From the human T2T-CHM13v2.0 reference genome, Homo sapiens, in assembly GCF_009914755.1 (NCBI RefSeq), contig NC_060939.1: a stretch of DNA of 64,000 nucleotides; one strand, given 5' to 3'. Positions 47,941 to 61,863 of this stretch are shown here, in pieces. Under the pieces are notes generated by a model. That model had not been told where the DNA came from. It did no database searches and saw nothing but the letters and a program-made list of their open reading frames with translations. How positions within the stretch are numbered: position 1 is the first letter of the stretch; every line of letters starts with the position of its first letter. Position numbers and translations under genes: made by a program.

Positions 47941-48140
47941 TTTATTGAGTATTGCCCATGCATTAGAACATTTCATACCTCACACATTTGTGCACTTAAT
48001 TTTCAAAATAATTTCCAAAAATATAATTATAATCTGCATTTTGCAGATGAGAAAACATGACTTATTAAAGCCTTGTGGTTGCCCCCAAGATCACAGAACT
48101 AACAAATTATAATTGACTGAGGGGTTGGAAGCCAAATAGA
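47941..48140 (-). mobile_element. MIR
   Basis: tttattgagtatt...cattttgcagatgagaaaacatga...cccaagatcacagaact. Confidence 0.7.
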
Positions 48141-48149
48141 GTCTGAGAT

Positions 48150-48420
48150 CTTTATTTTATTTTATTCTATTTTATTTTGAAACAGAGTCTCACCCCGTCA
48201 ACCACGCTGAAGTGCATTGGTGTGATTTCAGCTCACTCCAACCTCCATTTCCCAGGTTCAAGCAATTCTTGTGCTTCAGTCTCCCATGCACCTTACAGGT
48301 GCACGCCACCACACCGGGCTAGTTTTTGTATTTTTAGTAGAGGCTGGGTTTCACCATGTTGGCCAGGCTGGTCTCAGAACTCCCAACCTCAAGTGATCCA
48401 CCCACTTTGGCCTCCCAAAG
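48150..48420 (-). mobile_element. Alu, 5'-truncated
   Basis: Reverse Alu ending at cctcccaaag; TSD agagtctgagatctt. Confidence 0.93.
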
Positions 48421-49452
48421 AGTCTGAGATCTTAAATGCAGAAATGTAAGTATCACTGAACCCTAGAAATATACATCTCTAATGTTGTGGTGAATGTGCG
48501 ATTGGCCCAAGGCAGCCCAGGTTTGGTGAGCTGGAGTGGGACTGAAGGGGAGGAAGACAAGGCTACCAGTTAAGTTATAGAAAGTAGAGGCTCAGGAACC
48601 CAGCGAGGTAGGTCAGAGCTCCACAGAAAAAACAGACTACTCCAGAAGCAAGCTTAACCTATTTCAAAATGTGCCTGTGACCAGCCCTTTGTCTTTGACT
48701 TGCGCTACTCAACCAGGGCCCATACTGGAAAGATAATTTATGATGCTGGAGGGACATGAGCCCTTTTGCAAAGCCGGCAAGATGGGAACAAGGACTTGTA
48801 CTTTCCTGAGTAGTTCTGGGTGTGTTTCCAAAGCTCCAGACAATTTTAAGCAGCTTTGGGGTTTCTTTGCTCCGAATGCTGACTTCATTTTAGAGATGAA
48901 CTTCTGTTTTATGAATTTACTATAGGAAATAAGGATGTTAGAGAAATGGTAGAATATTCCACAGGGGCAGGGGGATTCTGGAAATCTCCACAGATAATCT
49001 AGTCTGGAAGCTTTCAAAAGACATATTTTACTTGTTAGGAAATTTACTTATTTATTAATATATTCACTTGACCCTCCCTGCCATGCATTCCTTTCCCCAC
49101 CTATCTCCAACTAAGATAATTAGCGTATTATTTACTTTCTGTTTCAGAGTTCCTCCTCAGTGAACACCTGTGATTGGCAGCAGACACTGCTCTGGAAACC
49201 TGGTAGAAATATATGAAAAAGCATGAGGGACTGAAGCCACTTAGCACTGTGCAGGCCACTTCATCTATTTTTACTGTGCCCCCACTAGATTGGCAGGGAG
49301 GATATTATACTAAAGTTGTAACTGCATTTTCTCAGAAATCCTGCTTCAATTTGTCCCAATATCTGTTCAAACGTCCCTTCCCTTCTAACTATAAAATCTG
49401 TTGGAGATGGGGAAAGGGCTTATGCAATCAAACACAGTCCAAATTGAGAGGT

Positions 49453-49572
49453 ATTTATTTATTTATTTATTTATTGAGACAGAATCTCGGTCTGTCATCC
49501 AGGATGGAGTGCAGTGGCAACAGCGTAACCCACTGCAGCCTTGAACATCTGGGCTCAAGTGACCTTCCTTCC
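49453..49572 (-). mobile_element. Truncated AluJ/FRAM right arm
   Basis: (ttta)n tail followed by gagacag...gggctcaagtgacc; TSD attgagagg. Confidence 0.85.
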
Positions 49573-50859
49573 AGATTGAGAGGCTTTTTGAAGAGCAGAG
49601 CAGCATGTTTGTATATCAGGGACTTCTCTTCCAAGCTGTGGAAGCAATTGGTGTGCCCATAATTGCCTTCTTGCATCATCTGTCCAAGAAGCCTGGTTCT
49701 TATTTTGAGAGATAAAGAAGTCATGTGTCTTTCTACAAAGCATAATGGAGATGGGATAAAATTGGAGGCTCCCTGGAGGCCTGGTGGGAAGTTGATCTGA
49801 AAATTGTGATCAAATTTTTTGCCCCATTATTTTTAAATGGGTTAATAGAGGAGGCCATGTGTGGAATATCTCTGGCTTCTTTTCCTGCCCTGATGCTCAA
49901 TAGCACACAATTTAGATCTGTATTAATCTCTATTACCTCTACTGCATAAGAGCATGCACGTTTTGTCATTGTTTATGCTTTAGAAATATTTATGAAAAGT
50001 TACTCAGTCAGGGATTTTAATAATTAATTTTCTTTTGTTCATTGGTTAACTGTTTTCAGCCAAGTGACATATTGTAAAGACCAATGGATTTATCTCTGAA
50101 ATCCCAGTCATCGAGTTTCCTCTCTGGGCCACTCCATCCAACATTCCCCTTTCAAAGCAGTGCCACTCTCCATCACTCTACCACTTTTCTTTTCATGCAT
50201 TCATTCAACAGATACTTGTCATTCATTGAAGCAGTGCCAGATGCTGTGTAAGAATGGGGATAAAGAGACAGCAGATCCTGTTCCTGTCCCTGGGAGCTCA
50301 CTACCCCTCTTGAGATGTTTGAAAAATCAAAGCATAAACGTGATAAATAAGCCTAAGTATATTTCATCACTAGGATTATTTGTATACTGTCAGAAGATAA
50401 ACACTCTAGATTATTTCACCTGAAATAAATCCCATATCCATAGAGTTTGGCATAAAATTTCAAGACTTTGATGGACCCCCTAAAGTCTATCTAGTGAGAG
50501 ACATCAGATTAAAAGTAGCTGCCTTCAGAAATAAAAGAAGACTCAGTCTGAGTGGGATTTCAAAGTGTGAATAGCCTAGGAGGAAGGTATTTTGTTAAGG
50601 GAACTTCTGTGAGCCTCTATTCGTGTTAGTAATAGACATGCCCACTTTCTCTTGTGCTCAGGGTGCCTTGATGTGATCACTTGACCCTGAAGTGGGAGTC
50701 CTTTCTCCCTCCCACTTAAAAAACCTGTGAGTTGTCTTAAAGCTTCTTCAGGCTTAGGAGCCACCTGGGGTGAAATGCCTCAAAGCATGGAAAGAGATCG
50801 TGTGTGTATGTACACACCCATGCGTGCACACACACTGAGCAGCTCAATAGCTATAAAAT

Positions 50860-53260
50860 GAGGACTCTGGGTTCTGTCTCCCTCTTGTTCTTCTTCTCCT
50901 TCACAATGTAAAAATGCTAGATAAAATATGAGAAAAAAGTATCCGAGTTTGAAAGCACAGGAAAGATACTATCCAGATGCCATAGAAGAGCAAATTCATA
51001 CCTCAAGCAGTAAGTCGGAGTTGAAGCCCAGTGATTGAGGAGGCAAGGAGTCCACATGTGTGCCTTAGGGTCTGGGTGTATATTGCCCTTGTCGACTTTC
51101 TGGCTGTTAAAGCCCCAGACCCTGTGCTGGATGAAGTAGAGGGGGCTGAGAGCTAAAAACATACTCTGTGCACAAAGCCTGGAATCTGGGAAAAGTTGTC
51201 CGGTCCACAAAATCTGCATTCTCCAAACAGCCATATGCCCTGCAATTAAGCCACCTACCAAGGCTTAGGTGAATGTAGAGGCCCTGCAGGCAACTGGAAT
51301 TCTAACAATGTGGGGAAAACTCTTAGCTAAAAACAAATATAAAAACTGGAGACCACCATAGAAACAAGGAGGACCCCAAAAGAAGCAAGCTTGAAACTAA
51401 TTCCCCCAAAATCTGCTTATAAAAAGCAGTACCCATATTGAATTGACTCAGAAGTCAACAGATGAAGCGTACGCAAAGCACAGAAGGAAACTATCATGAG
51501 AGCAGCAAGTTGACTGGCCTGAATACAGCCATTTCGAGAAAAGTGACTAAAAAATCAGTATGTGAAAGATGCAGTGAAATGAATAGTGTACACTACACCT
51601 GAGAACAACACATGACAAGGAATAAGATAATAAAATAACATGCAGATTTGAAAATGTATCAAAAAGATTTTTGTTTAAATATGGTAACTATTACCATGCG
51701 TCTGTTCTTTTTCTACGCAGAAAGCCACCTAAAAGGACAAGGAAAAACAATGAGATGACCACAGATAAAGAACCCTAAGTGCTATAAGGAAAAAGGACTT
51801 CTAAAAATAAGCAAAATGATCAATGAAATGGAATGTAGAAAGCTTAGGAATTAGAGACACCGTGTACCTCTGAAAGCAAAGTAAGGAATGGATCTTAAAA
51901 GCAGAAAAGTCAATTGAGACTCTCTGCAAGAAGGAGCTAGATTCCAGGTTTCCTCCTTTCTTCTCTCATTCCTTCAACTACAGCAAAAGATAAAGATTAT
52001 TCTGAGAAAAAGAGCCTTTTAAAGCTCTGTATGCCCAGATGCCATGCCCAGGTGAGGGCAGGGGGTAGTGCCATTCAAATCACAAACAGGAGAATTCAGT
52101 AAACAATTATGTATTTATGGAACAATAAATCCCCTTATCCTCCTCTCCCACTTAGTTCCAAAGTGTAGGCTCAAAACCCCAAGGGAAGATGCTGATACAT
52201 TCTAGATTGGCTAAGTAGAGTGATCCAAGAGAGAAGACCTAGGGATATTAGTATTCTGGCAGCCCCCAGAATAGCTTCTGGATCTCTGCTCAATTTGCCT
52301 CCAATTCAGTTTACCATTTCACAAATCCTCCCATGGACGCGGCTTACACTCAACATGTTAGTGTCACTTCTTATTTAGGAATGAATAGTGGATCACTTGT
52401 TGTTTGTGGAAATCCCTGAAATAAATCAAAAGGCAAAAAAAAAAAAAAAAAAAACCCAAAACAAAACAAAAACAAAACACAAACAAAAAACAGAGAAAGA
52501 ACTCAGAAGGAACAAGGCAATGTATGGCATGAAAAATTAAATACGTGCACTCCCACACATATGATCAGGGAGATAAGAGAAAATTGCTTGAATCAAGAAA
52601 ATAATTTTTCAAGGAATTCTCAACAAACAAGAATGAAAATATGGAAATGAAAATTATAAGATTTAATACAATGTTTGGAAATAAAGTAGAGAAAATTAAT
52701 AAGAAGTCTAAGAAAAAGGCAAAGATTTCACAATAGAAAAGGAGGCCAGGCATGGTGGCTCACCCCTGTAATCTCAGCACTTTGGGAGGCCGAGGCGGGT
52801 GGATCATGAGGTCAGGAGTTCAAGACCAGCCTGGCCAAGATGGTGAAACCCTGTCTCTGCTAAAAATACAAAAATCAGCTGGGCGTGGTGGCATGCACCT
52901 GTAATCCCAGCTACTCAGGAGGCTGAGGCAGAGAATTGCTTGAACCCGGGAGGCAGAGGTTGCAGTGAGCTGAGATCGCACCATTTCACTCCAGCCTGGG
53001 TGACAGAGCCAGACTCCATCTCAAAAAAAAAAAAAGGAGTAGTGGAAAGTTTTTAGAGAATTACTTTAGAATATTCACTCTCTGACTTACAGTATTTTCA
53101 GAAAAAGAGAACATGTAAAATGGAAGGAAATAAATTATCAAATAATTTATCAAAGGAAATAAAGGAAAAATTCTCAGAACTAAAATACTGCTTTTTCAGT
53201 CTGAAAGAGCCCGCTGAATATCCAGGATAGTGAGAAAGCAGGTAGATACCCACCTACCCT
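50860..53260 (+). mobile_element. HAL1/old L1 5'-ORF1-like remnants
   Basis: A-rich degenerate text ending aaaattctcagaactaaa...tcagtctgaaagagcccgctgaata; boundaries uncertain. Confidence 0.45.
52745..53035 (+). mobile_element. AluSg-type
   Basis: Forward Alu; ggatcatgaggtcaggagttc and ggccaagatgg. Confidence 0.97.
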
Positions 53261-53269
53261 CTTCCCCAA

Positions 53270-53406
53270 ATACATACACACACACACACACACTCTCATA
53301 CAGATACACACACAGCACACACACATATACACACTCATACACACCACACATATATACACACCACACACACACAGACCCCCCCACACACATACACTCACAG
53401 ACCCAT

Positions 53407-53437
<31 letters not shown>

Positions 53438-55338
53438 TACTCACACACCACACACACATATACAAACATACCACACAGACATACACACCACACACACAGA
53501 TACACACACACCACACACACATACACATACGCACAGGTACACCACACACACATACATACACATCACACACACATACACAAATACCACCAAACACACTCAC
53601 ACACGGATACATACACCACACACACACACACCACATGCAAACATGTACATACACCACACACACACAGACTCCCCCCAAACACACACACAGATGCACAAAC
53701 ACCACACACATACACACCACACACAAACATATACATACACCACACACAGACACCCCACACACATACACTCACACACAGAGACACACAGCACACACAGATA
53801 CACATACACACATATATACATACACACCACACACACATACAGACACTCCTCCCAAACACACACACACACGCAGATACACACACACCACACACAAACACAT
53901 ACACATACACACACCACACACATACATACACACCACACACACACTCATAGATACACACACCACACACACATACACATACACACATATACACACGTACACA
54001 CACACCACACACACATACACAGATACCTCACACACACATACACTCACACACAGATACACCACACACAAACACACGCATATACACACATACACACACACCA
54101 CACACACATATGCAAACACACCACACACACATATACATACACAGCACACACAGACACACACACATACACACAGATACACACACACCACATACGTACACCA
54201 CACACACATATACATATACATCACACGAACATACACAAACACCCCCCAAACACACAGATACATACACACACCACACACACATACACACCACACACAAATA
54301 CACAGATGTCCCCCACACACCTACACTCACACACAGATACACCACACACACACACATATACACAGACACACATACACTCACACACGGATACACACCACAC
54401 ATACACATACACACATGTACACCACACACATATATACATACACATCACACACACATACACAAACACCCCCCAAACACACTAACACACAGATACATACACA
54501 CACCACACACATACATACACACCACACACATATGCATACACCACACACACAGACACCCCCCCACACACATACACTCACACACAGATACAGCACACACAAA
54601 TACACATACACACATATATACATACACAGGCACCCTCCCCCCCCACACACACAGATACACACACACCACACACACATACACACACATATAACATACACCA
54701 CACCACATATACACATACACTACACATACATACACACCACACACACACAGACACCCCCCACATACACTCACACACACATACACACACATACACACCACAC
54801 ACACACAGATACCCCCACACACAGATACACCACACACATACACACGTGTACACATACATATACACACATACACACACACCACACACACATACACCGATAC
54901 ACCACACACACAGATACACCACACACACATATACATACACACCACACACACAGGCACAGACACCCCTCACACACATATACACTCACACATGGATACACAC
55001 ACACCACACACACATACAGAAACACACACAACGCACACACACATATACCTACACACCACACATACACAGACTCCCCACACACACATACACTCACACAGAG
55101 ATACACACCACACACACATACACATACATACACACACACACCACACACCACACACACATACATGTACACACATACACCACACACATACATACACACCACA
55201 CACACATACACAGACACCCCCACACACACATACACTCACACAGAGATACATACACACCACACACACATACACATACACACACACCACACACACATGCATA
55301 CGCATCACACACACATACACAGACACCCCACACACACC
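53270..55338. repeat. ~2.07-kb CA-rich degenerate tandem array
   Basis: Continuous CACA/TACA/CACCA text with recurring cagacacccc-cacacacatacactcacacacagatac modules. Confidence 0.98.
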
Positions 55339-55344
55339 TTGATA

Positions 55345-55660
55345 ACTCTTACAGTGTGCACACAGTGATATATAAGATATTGATAATTATGGTGGTGTTT
55401 TTTACAATTTTAAAGTGCCTATCAATAGAGGAATGGATAACGTCATCTATAGGATTTCATCTGTATTATACAAATCTTAGGCATTGTATATAAGCTATAT
55501 GTTTTCGAAACAAACATATCTATGAGGCAAATATGACAAGCTGTTATTTTGTTCAGTTGTTATTTCACTTATTCTGGATGATGGGCCTATGGATATTGCT
55601 ATATAGTGCCCTGTACTTTTTGTATTTTTTATGTTTTTAAAATTTAACAAAAGTTTAAAG
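55345..55660 (+). mobile_element. Old L1M 3' end
   Basis: aagtgcctatcaatagaggaatggataa; gcaaatatgacaag...tggatgatggg...tgtacttttttgtattt. Confidence 0.6.
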
Positions 55661-56690
55661 AAGTTAGTGAGAATCTCTGGTCTAGTCCAGCCCCTGGAGG
55701 TACTTCAGCAGTGTTTCAGAGAATAGTTGTTCTCTCAAAGCCCTGTCCCCTGAGGTGAGGCTGGTAGCTGAATCTGGCCTCCCATCCCTGTGGACCCTCC
55801 TCTCTTCTCCTCTTAGGCTCTACCAAGTTTCTCTGAAAGGTTTCTGCTGTTCTTTTCAAAATCCCAGCAAGATTCTCTTCTTTTCCTCAAAATAGTCTCA
55901 GATGTCTCTTCTGGAAGAAAACAATTGCCCTTTGACTACAGCCTAAACCAATAGCATGTGAGCACTCTGTTTCCCCCTCCCGTGAAGATTGGAAAGACTA
56001 GGCCATACGAACACAATGCCTGTTCTTCACTCCACTGGGGGTAATGAAGCTGTCCTGGATTTTCTCCAGGAGGCTTGCTTTATCTTGAGACTAAGCTGTG
56101 CCACTTCCAAAAAAGAAAGAAGAAAGACAAGTTGTCCTATCAGAAATAGGTTGAGGACTCATATCAGGTGCTGAGAAATTCATAGGAGCCTAGGAATGAT
56201 ATACCGTTTGGCATTGCTAACATGAGGAATGAGTAATTTTCTTGTTTCATGAAATCCGCAGAAAGTCTAACTACCTGCTAGAAAATCAGGGGCAATGCCA
56301 GGAACACCAGGGAGATAGCTGTCAAATGCATCTTCCCATTGACTCATAAAAAAATCTTACTAACTCAAGGAGGCAAATAAGGAAGACAATGGAACTTACA
56401 GTACTAAGAGGGTTGTCTTTAGCACTGGTAGCCAAGTCATCCTCATACTGCATTGTAGTTAGCTTTTTGTCTATTTATTTCACAAGTCTCTAAATTCATG
56501 GAGTGCAAAAGGCCTAATAAATCTCTGCATTTCCAGAACTTAGGATTGGTGCATGGTTCATAGTAGGTTCTCAGTGTATTATTTATGAATAATTGAATTA
56601 ATGTATTAATCAAGAGACAAACCAAAAATACTAATATAGCAAAGGTTAAACAGGAATAATCAAAGGTCACTCAGTATTTATCATGTTACC

Positions 56691-58527
56691 TGCTATGGTT
56701 TGAATATTTGACCCCTCCAAATATCATGTTGAAATTTAATCTCAATGTTGGAGGTAGGGGCCTAATGGGGGTGTTTGAATCATGGGACTGGATCCTTCAT
56801 GAATAGATTAATGTCCTCCCTTGGGGTAGGAGGAAGTGAGTGAGTTCTCACTCTATTAGTTCCCATGAGAGCTGGTTGTTAAAAAGAATCTGGTACCTCC
56901 CTCCCTTGTCTCATGCTTCCTCTCTTGCCATGTGATCTCTATACACACTGGCTGCCTTTCACCTTCCATCATGCATGAAAGCTTCCTGAGGTCCTCATCA
57001 GAAGTAGATGCTAGTGCCATACTTTTTGCAGAGCCTGCAGAGCCATGAGCTAAAAAACCTCTTTTCTTTACAAATTACCCAGCCTCAGGAATTCCTTTAT
57101 AACAACAATAAACAGACTAGGACAGAAAATTTATATGGAGGATTGGGATGTTGCTATAAAGATACCTGAAAATGTGGAAGCAGAGTTTGGAAGAGTTTGG
57201 AGGGTTCAGAAGAAGACAGAAAGATGAGGGAAAGTTTGGAACTTTTTAGAAACTGGTTAAGTGGTTGGTTGTGACCAAAATGCTGATAGAAACAGAGATA
57301 GTAAAGGCCATGTTGATGAGGTTTTAGATGGAAATAAGGAACTTATTGGAAACTGGAGCAGAGGTGAATATTGTTACATCATAGCAAAAAACTTGGCTGC
57401 ATTGTGTTCATAACCTAGGGCTCTATGGAAGGTTGAAGTAAGAGAGGTGACGTAGGCTATATGGCAGAAAAAATTTTTAAACAGCAAAGTCATCAAGAAG
57501 CAGTGTGGCTGCTTTTAACAGCTAATTAGATACAGCAGCAAAAAAACTCACCTAAAGTTGAAATGGAAATGTTTACTCAATACTTCTGCAACCGTTGTAT
57601 CTTGAAAGTAAATAACTTGTTTTTGATTTTACAGGCTCAGAGCCATAAGAAATTTGCCTCGAGTCTTAGATGAGACATTGGACTTTGGACTTTTAGGTTG
57701 ATGCTAGAACTAGTTAAGAATTTTAGGAACTATTAGGAAGGAATGATTGTATTTTGTAATGTGAGAAGAACATGAGATTTGGGGGGCCAGGGGAGAATGC
57801 TTGGATGTTTGGGACATGGGGGAGGATCTTTCATGAATAGATTAATACCCTCCCTGGGGAGGAGAGAGTGAGTGAGTTCTTGCTCCATTAGTTCCTGATA
57901 TGGTTTTGCTGTGTACCCACCCAAATCTCATCTTGAATTGTAGCTCCCGTAATTCCCACATGTTGTAGAAGGGACTCAGTGGGAAATAATTGAATCATGG
58001 GAGGGTTTCCCCTATACTGTTCTCGTGGTAGTGAATAAATCTCATGAGATCTGATGGTTTTATAAGGGGTTTTCCCTTTTGCTTGACTCTCATTCTCTCT
58101 TGTCTGCTGCCATGTAAGTAGTGCCTTTGGCCTCCCACCATGATTGTGAAGCCTCCCCAGTCATGTGGAACTGTGAGTCCATTAAACATCTTTTTCTTAA
58201 TAAATTACCCAGACTTGGGTATGTCTTTATTAGAAGCATGAGAACAGACTAATGCAATTTCCAGGAGAACTGGTTGTTAAAAGAACCTGACATCTCCCCC
58301 TTCTCTCTCTCTCTCTTGCTTTCTCTCTTGCCGTGTGATCTCTGTACATGCAGGCTCCACTTTGCATTGCACCATTAGTGGAAGCTTCCCGTGGCCCTCA
58401 CCAGAAGCAAATACTGGTGCCACACTTCCTGCACAGCCTGAAGAACCATGGCCAAATAAACCTCTTTTCTTTATAAATTATCTAGCATCAGGTATTCCTT
58501 TATAGCAACAAGAAGAAAACTAAGGCA
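56691..58527 (+). mobile_element. MST (MaLR) provirus: 5'LTR 56691-57124, shortened internal region 57125-57797, 3'LTR 57798-58527
   Basis: tgctatggtttg...gactaggaca; internal gctataaagatacctgaaaatgtggaagc...gagatttggggggccagggg polypurine tract; second LTR ends aactaaggca; outer TSD ttacc/ttaca. Confidence 0.88.
57896..58256 (+). mobile_element. THE1 (B/D-type) solo LTR inserted in the MST 3'LTR
   Basis: tgatatggttttgctgtgtacccacccaaatctcatcttgaattg...gagaacagactaatgca. Confidence 0.9.
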
Positions 58528-58739
58528 TTACATAAGGTTTGTTATTCATTATAGAACTCTTTTTTTATATTGGTTGATACATCAAATGGAGTGAAAACAT
58601 CAATTGAAATAGGAATAGACTTCCTACATTATTGCCAGGAAGTAGACAAGTTAACTCAAGTAATTTGGACCAAAACTTTTCCCTCTCTTTTAAGTCTGGG
58701 TGAACTGAAAAAAAATTGAATTCATAATATTTAAAGTAA

Positions 58740-58965
58740 TTATTTATACTTATCAATATATTTATGCATGAAATGTATGTCTTAGATTTGCTTCAAAAGA
58801 ATGTCTGTGTGAAGGCAATCGTAAGCAGGGATAGAGATGAAACTAGATTGGTTATGAGTTGATACCTCTTGAGGCTGGCTGATGGTTATATGCAAATTTA
58901 TTTTTACTACTATGTCTTCTCTTATGTATGTTGGAAAGTTTCCATAATAAAAAGTTAAAAATAAA
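58740..58965 (+). mobile_element. Old L1M 3' terminus
   Basis: atgtcttagatttgcttcaaa...gatgaaactagattgg...tttccataataaaaagtt. Confidence 0.7.
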
Positions 58966-59999
58966 GTAATCCTTTATGTGACACTATTTCTTTACATAGA
59001 TACAGAATGTCATTTTTTTGCAGAGTATGTTTTAGGATTAACAGATATCATGATTCACACATTTATCAAAAAGAATTGTCTTATTCCCACTGAAGTTCAG
59101 CAACAAAATGAGCAACCGATGTGCTTTATTTTTCTTTTAAAGGGCATATGATATAATGAATTCTATAAAGAACTCGAGCAAAATTGCATCACCCAGGATT
59201 TGAGAATATATATTTGACTGATACAAATAACACCATTTGAAGACAGGAGGATTGTGTAGAAAAATGTAAAAATGCACAGCCAGCCTTTGTTAAGAGCTGT
59301 GAGTGTCAATGTATTTGGGACTTTAGGTTTGGAAATTTGACTTCCAACACCAACCAGACTGAAGATAGCACCACTCTTTCTAGACTGAATCTTGGAGAAA
59401 TGAGTTTCCCGGAACCTCTGATGCCCACCATCAGAAAAGGGGAATCCCAACAGCCATTGCAATTTGACATTATTATAAATGAGACCTTAGTTCCTGTGAA
59501 AATGCCATTAAAGCTTTGCTTTCAGTTTGTCTTGTTTTAGTCTGTTCTGTTTTGACTTACCATTTTTGTGGTTGGTTTTATTTGTTTTTTCACCAGTTGT
59601 GGTCATTTCTCCAAGAGGTTTCAATGAAGTTTCTTATGATTATTTCAACATACCATGTCTGCTTCTATTCTGAGTTTATTTACACAAAGTGGCTAACAGT
59701 AAAATATAATTTGCTAAAAGGGATTTGCATAGTTTTTATAGAGCTTCAAAGAGGAGATAGTCTAAAAAGGCAGATACCTACGTTCAACTTTTGCCCTGCC
59801 ATCCTTGAGGGTGTTAGGATAAAGCCCCTGATTCTGGATATTGGCCTCTGAGTTAAAATAAAAAGTCCAAGCATGCATTTCCACATTCATGTTCATTCAT
59901 GCAGCTCCCAGAGGAGAGAGGGATAATTTCTTTCAACATATATCACTAATGATTCTGGGTGACATTTATAGTTACTGTTTTTTGATCTAAACATGAACA

Positions 60000-60520
60000 T
60001 CTATGTTGAAATCTATTTGACAACTATTGACCACATTTTCATTGTGTCGACTTCTGTGCCAGGCATTGGGAATAAAACAATAAGACAGGTGTTGTTTTTT
60101 TTTTTCCCTTGAGGAGTTCAGAATTCAAAGAAGAGTATAAGCAAGTAAAATTACACTTAGACTATAATGGCCTCAGTGATACCTAAATGTGGGCACAAGT
60201 TACTGTGAAAGCAAAAATCAGATGGTCTCTGATGAAACAAGTGTGAGAGAGTAAGAAGAATTTCAGAAGAGTCTATATGAATAAGCAAGTGCTTATCAGG
60301 TAGAGAAGGAGAAGACATGTGATCAAGGAAAGCATCATGTGCAAATATACAGAGGTAAGACAGTACACAGTACAAACAGGCACCTCCATAACTCCACAGA
60401 ATTGGACAGAAGGTAAGAGGCATGTGGACAAGCACTGAGAAATGATATCTGACAAGGGGGGCAGGGCTCGTAGAGAAGTAGGTGCTAGAAAGAGTCCTGC
60501 TATGTAAGACTCCATGCAGG
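60000..60520 (-). mobile_element. L2 fragment
   Basis: ttctgtgccaggcattgggaata...cccttgaggagttcag...catgtgcaaatatacagaggt. Confidence 0.6.
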
Positions 60521-61611
60521 ACTCAAATAAAGTACACATTACTGTGTATGAGCAATTCAAACATGCCTAGGCAATTTACCCATGTCTAAGCATATCTGAA
60601 AGTCTGGTCAGTGGATCTGCCAGGAATACATTCATTCAAGAACTGGGATAGAGAAACATTGAGGGCAACCCTTTCAAAGGGAAGAAGCAGCTTGGCAGGA
60701 AGGGATCAGCTTCAGACCTGAGTTGCTGGAGGGAATTAGTGATTCTGAATACAATGTGATTTCTGGTAGATTAATACGTCATTAGTCTGGCCTTGAGGAT
60801 CCATATTGGATCATGGAATGGGAGAGAATGGTAGTAAGAGGATGATGGAGCAGTGCAAAAAGTAAAACCTGATAATGATGTTTTATTTAATTGTTGAGGC
60901 ATAAATTGTCCTACTTAGAACCCTCTCTAAACACAAGGGGAGCCATTCTCCTGCTTTTCTTCTACTTGGCCACAGTGCGTGGGACACACTGGCATGCTGA
61001 GGTGTGGGGCATTGGTGGTGCTGCCCATGAGGATAGCAGTGACAGCATCAGGAAGGTGCTAGAGTCTTTTGCAGCAGGGGCAACGGTGGGCAGGAGGATG
61101 CCATTGAAGCCTGGGCATAGACTTGATCCTAAGCTCAGGTGAACCACCTCATGGGATTACACAGAAATACATGGTTGAAAGGAGTTTTACACTAGATGCA
61201 GTCTGGTGAATGCAGGTAGAGTCACAATCCAGTTCAATGTTAACATGCCTCATCTGGACTTACATGTAAAGCCAGATAAACCTCTGATCTTGGGGTTGTG
61301 ATACATCCGTCCATGTATTCCTTGAGCTGATGCTAGTGCCAAGTACTTGGTAGGTACTCAATAAATACATATTAAATTGAGTTCGATTTACTTTGCAATT
61401 TACTGCAATGAAATATTAATCCAATATGAACTGGCAAAGGCTCAGAATTCTGTATTTTAGATTGAATTACAATTTGTAAGCTGCTTTCTTGCAAGTTGAA
61501 AAAAGTAGTAGCCCAAGAAACTGCCACATCACTTCTCCCTCCAAGGATGTGTTACACTATGCTGAATTCATCTTTCTGTGACCCTATTTGAATTCAGTAA
61601 CTAGTGGTATT

Positions 61612-61863
61612 CTTTTGTTTTTGTTTTTAAGAGACAGCGTCTTGCTCTGTCACTCAGGCTGGAGTGCAGTGGTGCGATCATGGCTCACTGCAGCTTTAAA
61701 CTCCTGGTTCAAACGATGCTCCACCTTAGCTGCCAAGTAGCTGAGACTATAGGCATGTGGCACTACACCTAGTGAACTTTTGTTTTTTATTTTTTGTAGA
61801 GATGGAATCTCATTATGTTGCCCAGGTTGGTCTCAAATTCTTGGGTCTTCCAAAACACTGGGA
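61612..61863 (-). mobile_element. AluJ, truncated/deleted
   Basis: gatcatggctcactgcagc and ttatgttgcccagg (J diagnostics). Confidence 0.9.

Noticed and set aside
53270-55338. Resemblance to yeast C1-3A telomeric repeats or an interstitial telomere
   Set aside because: There are no TTAGGG/CCCTAA units, and the similarity is compositional only.
53230-55368. 712-aa His/Thr-rich ORF and overlapping Cys/Val-rich minus-strand ORFs
   Set aside because: These are translations of the CA/TG array, which rarely forms stop codons. The long ORF has a GTG start, and several frames on both strands are open at once.
60891-61147. GC-richer segment with overlapping ORFs on both strands
   Set aside because: No recognisable protein similarity or convincing flanking splice sites.
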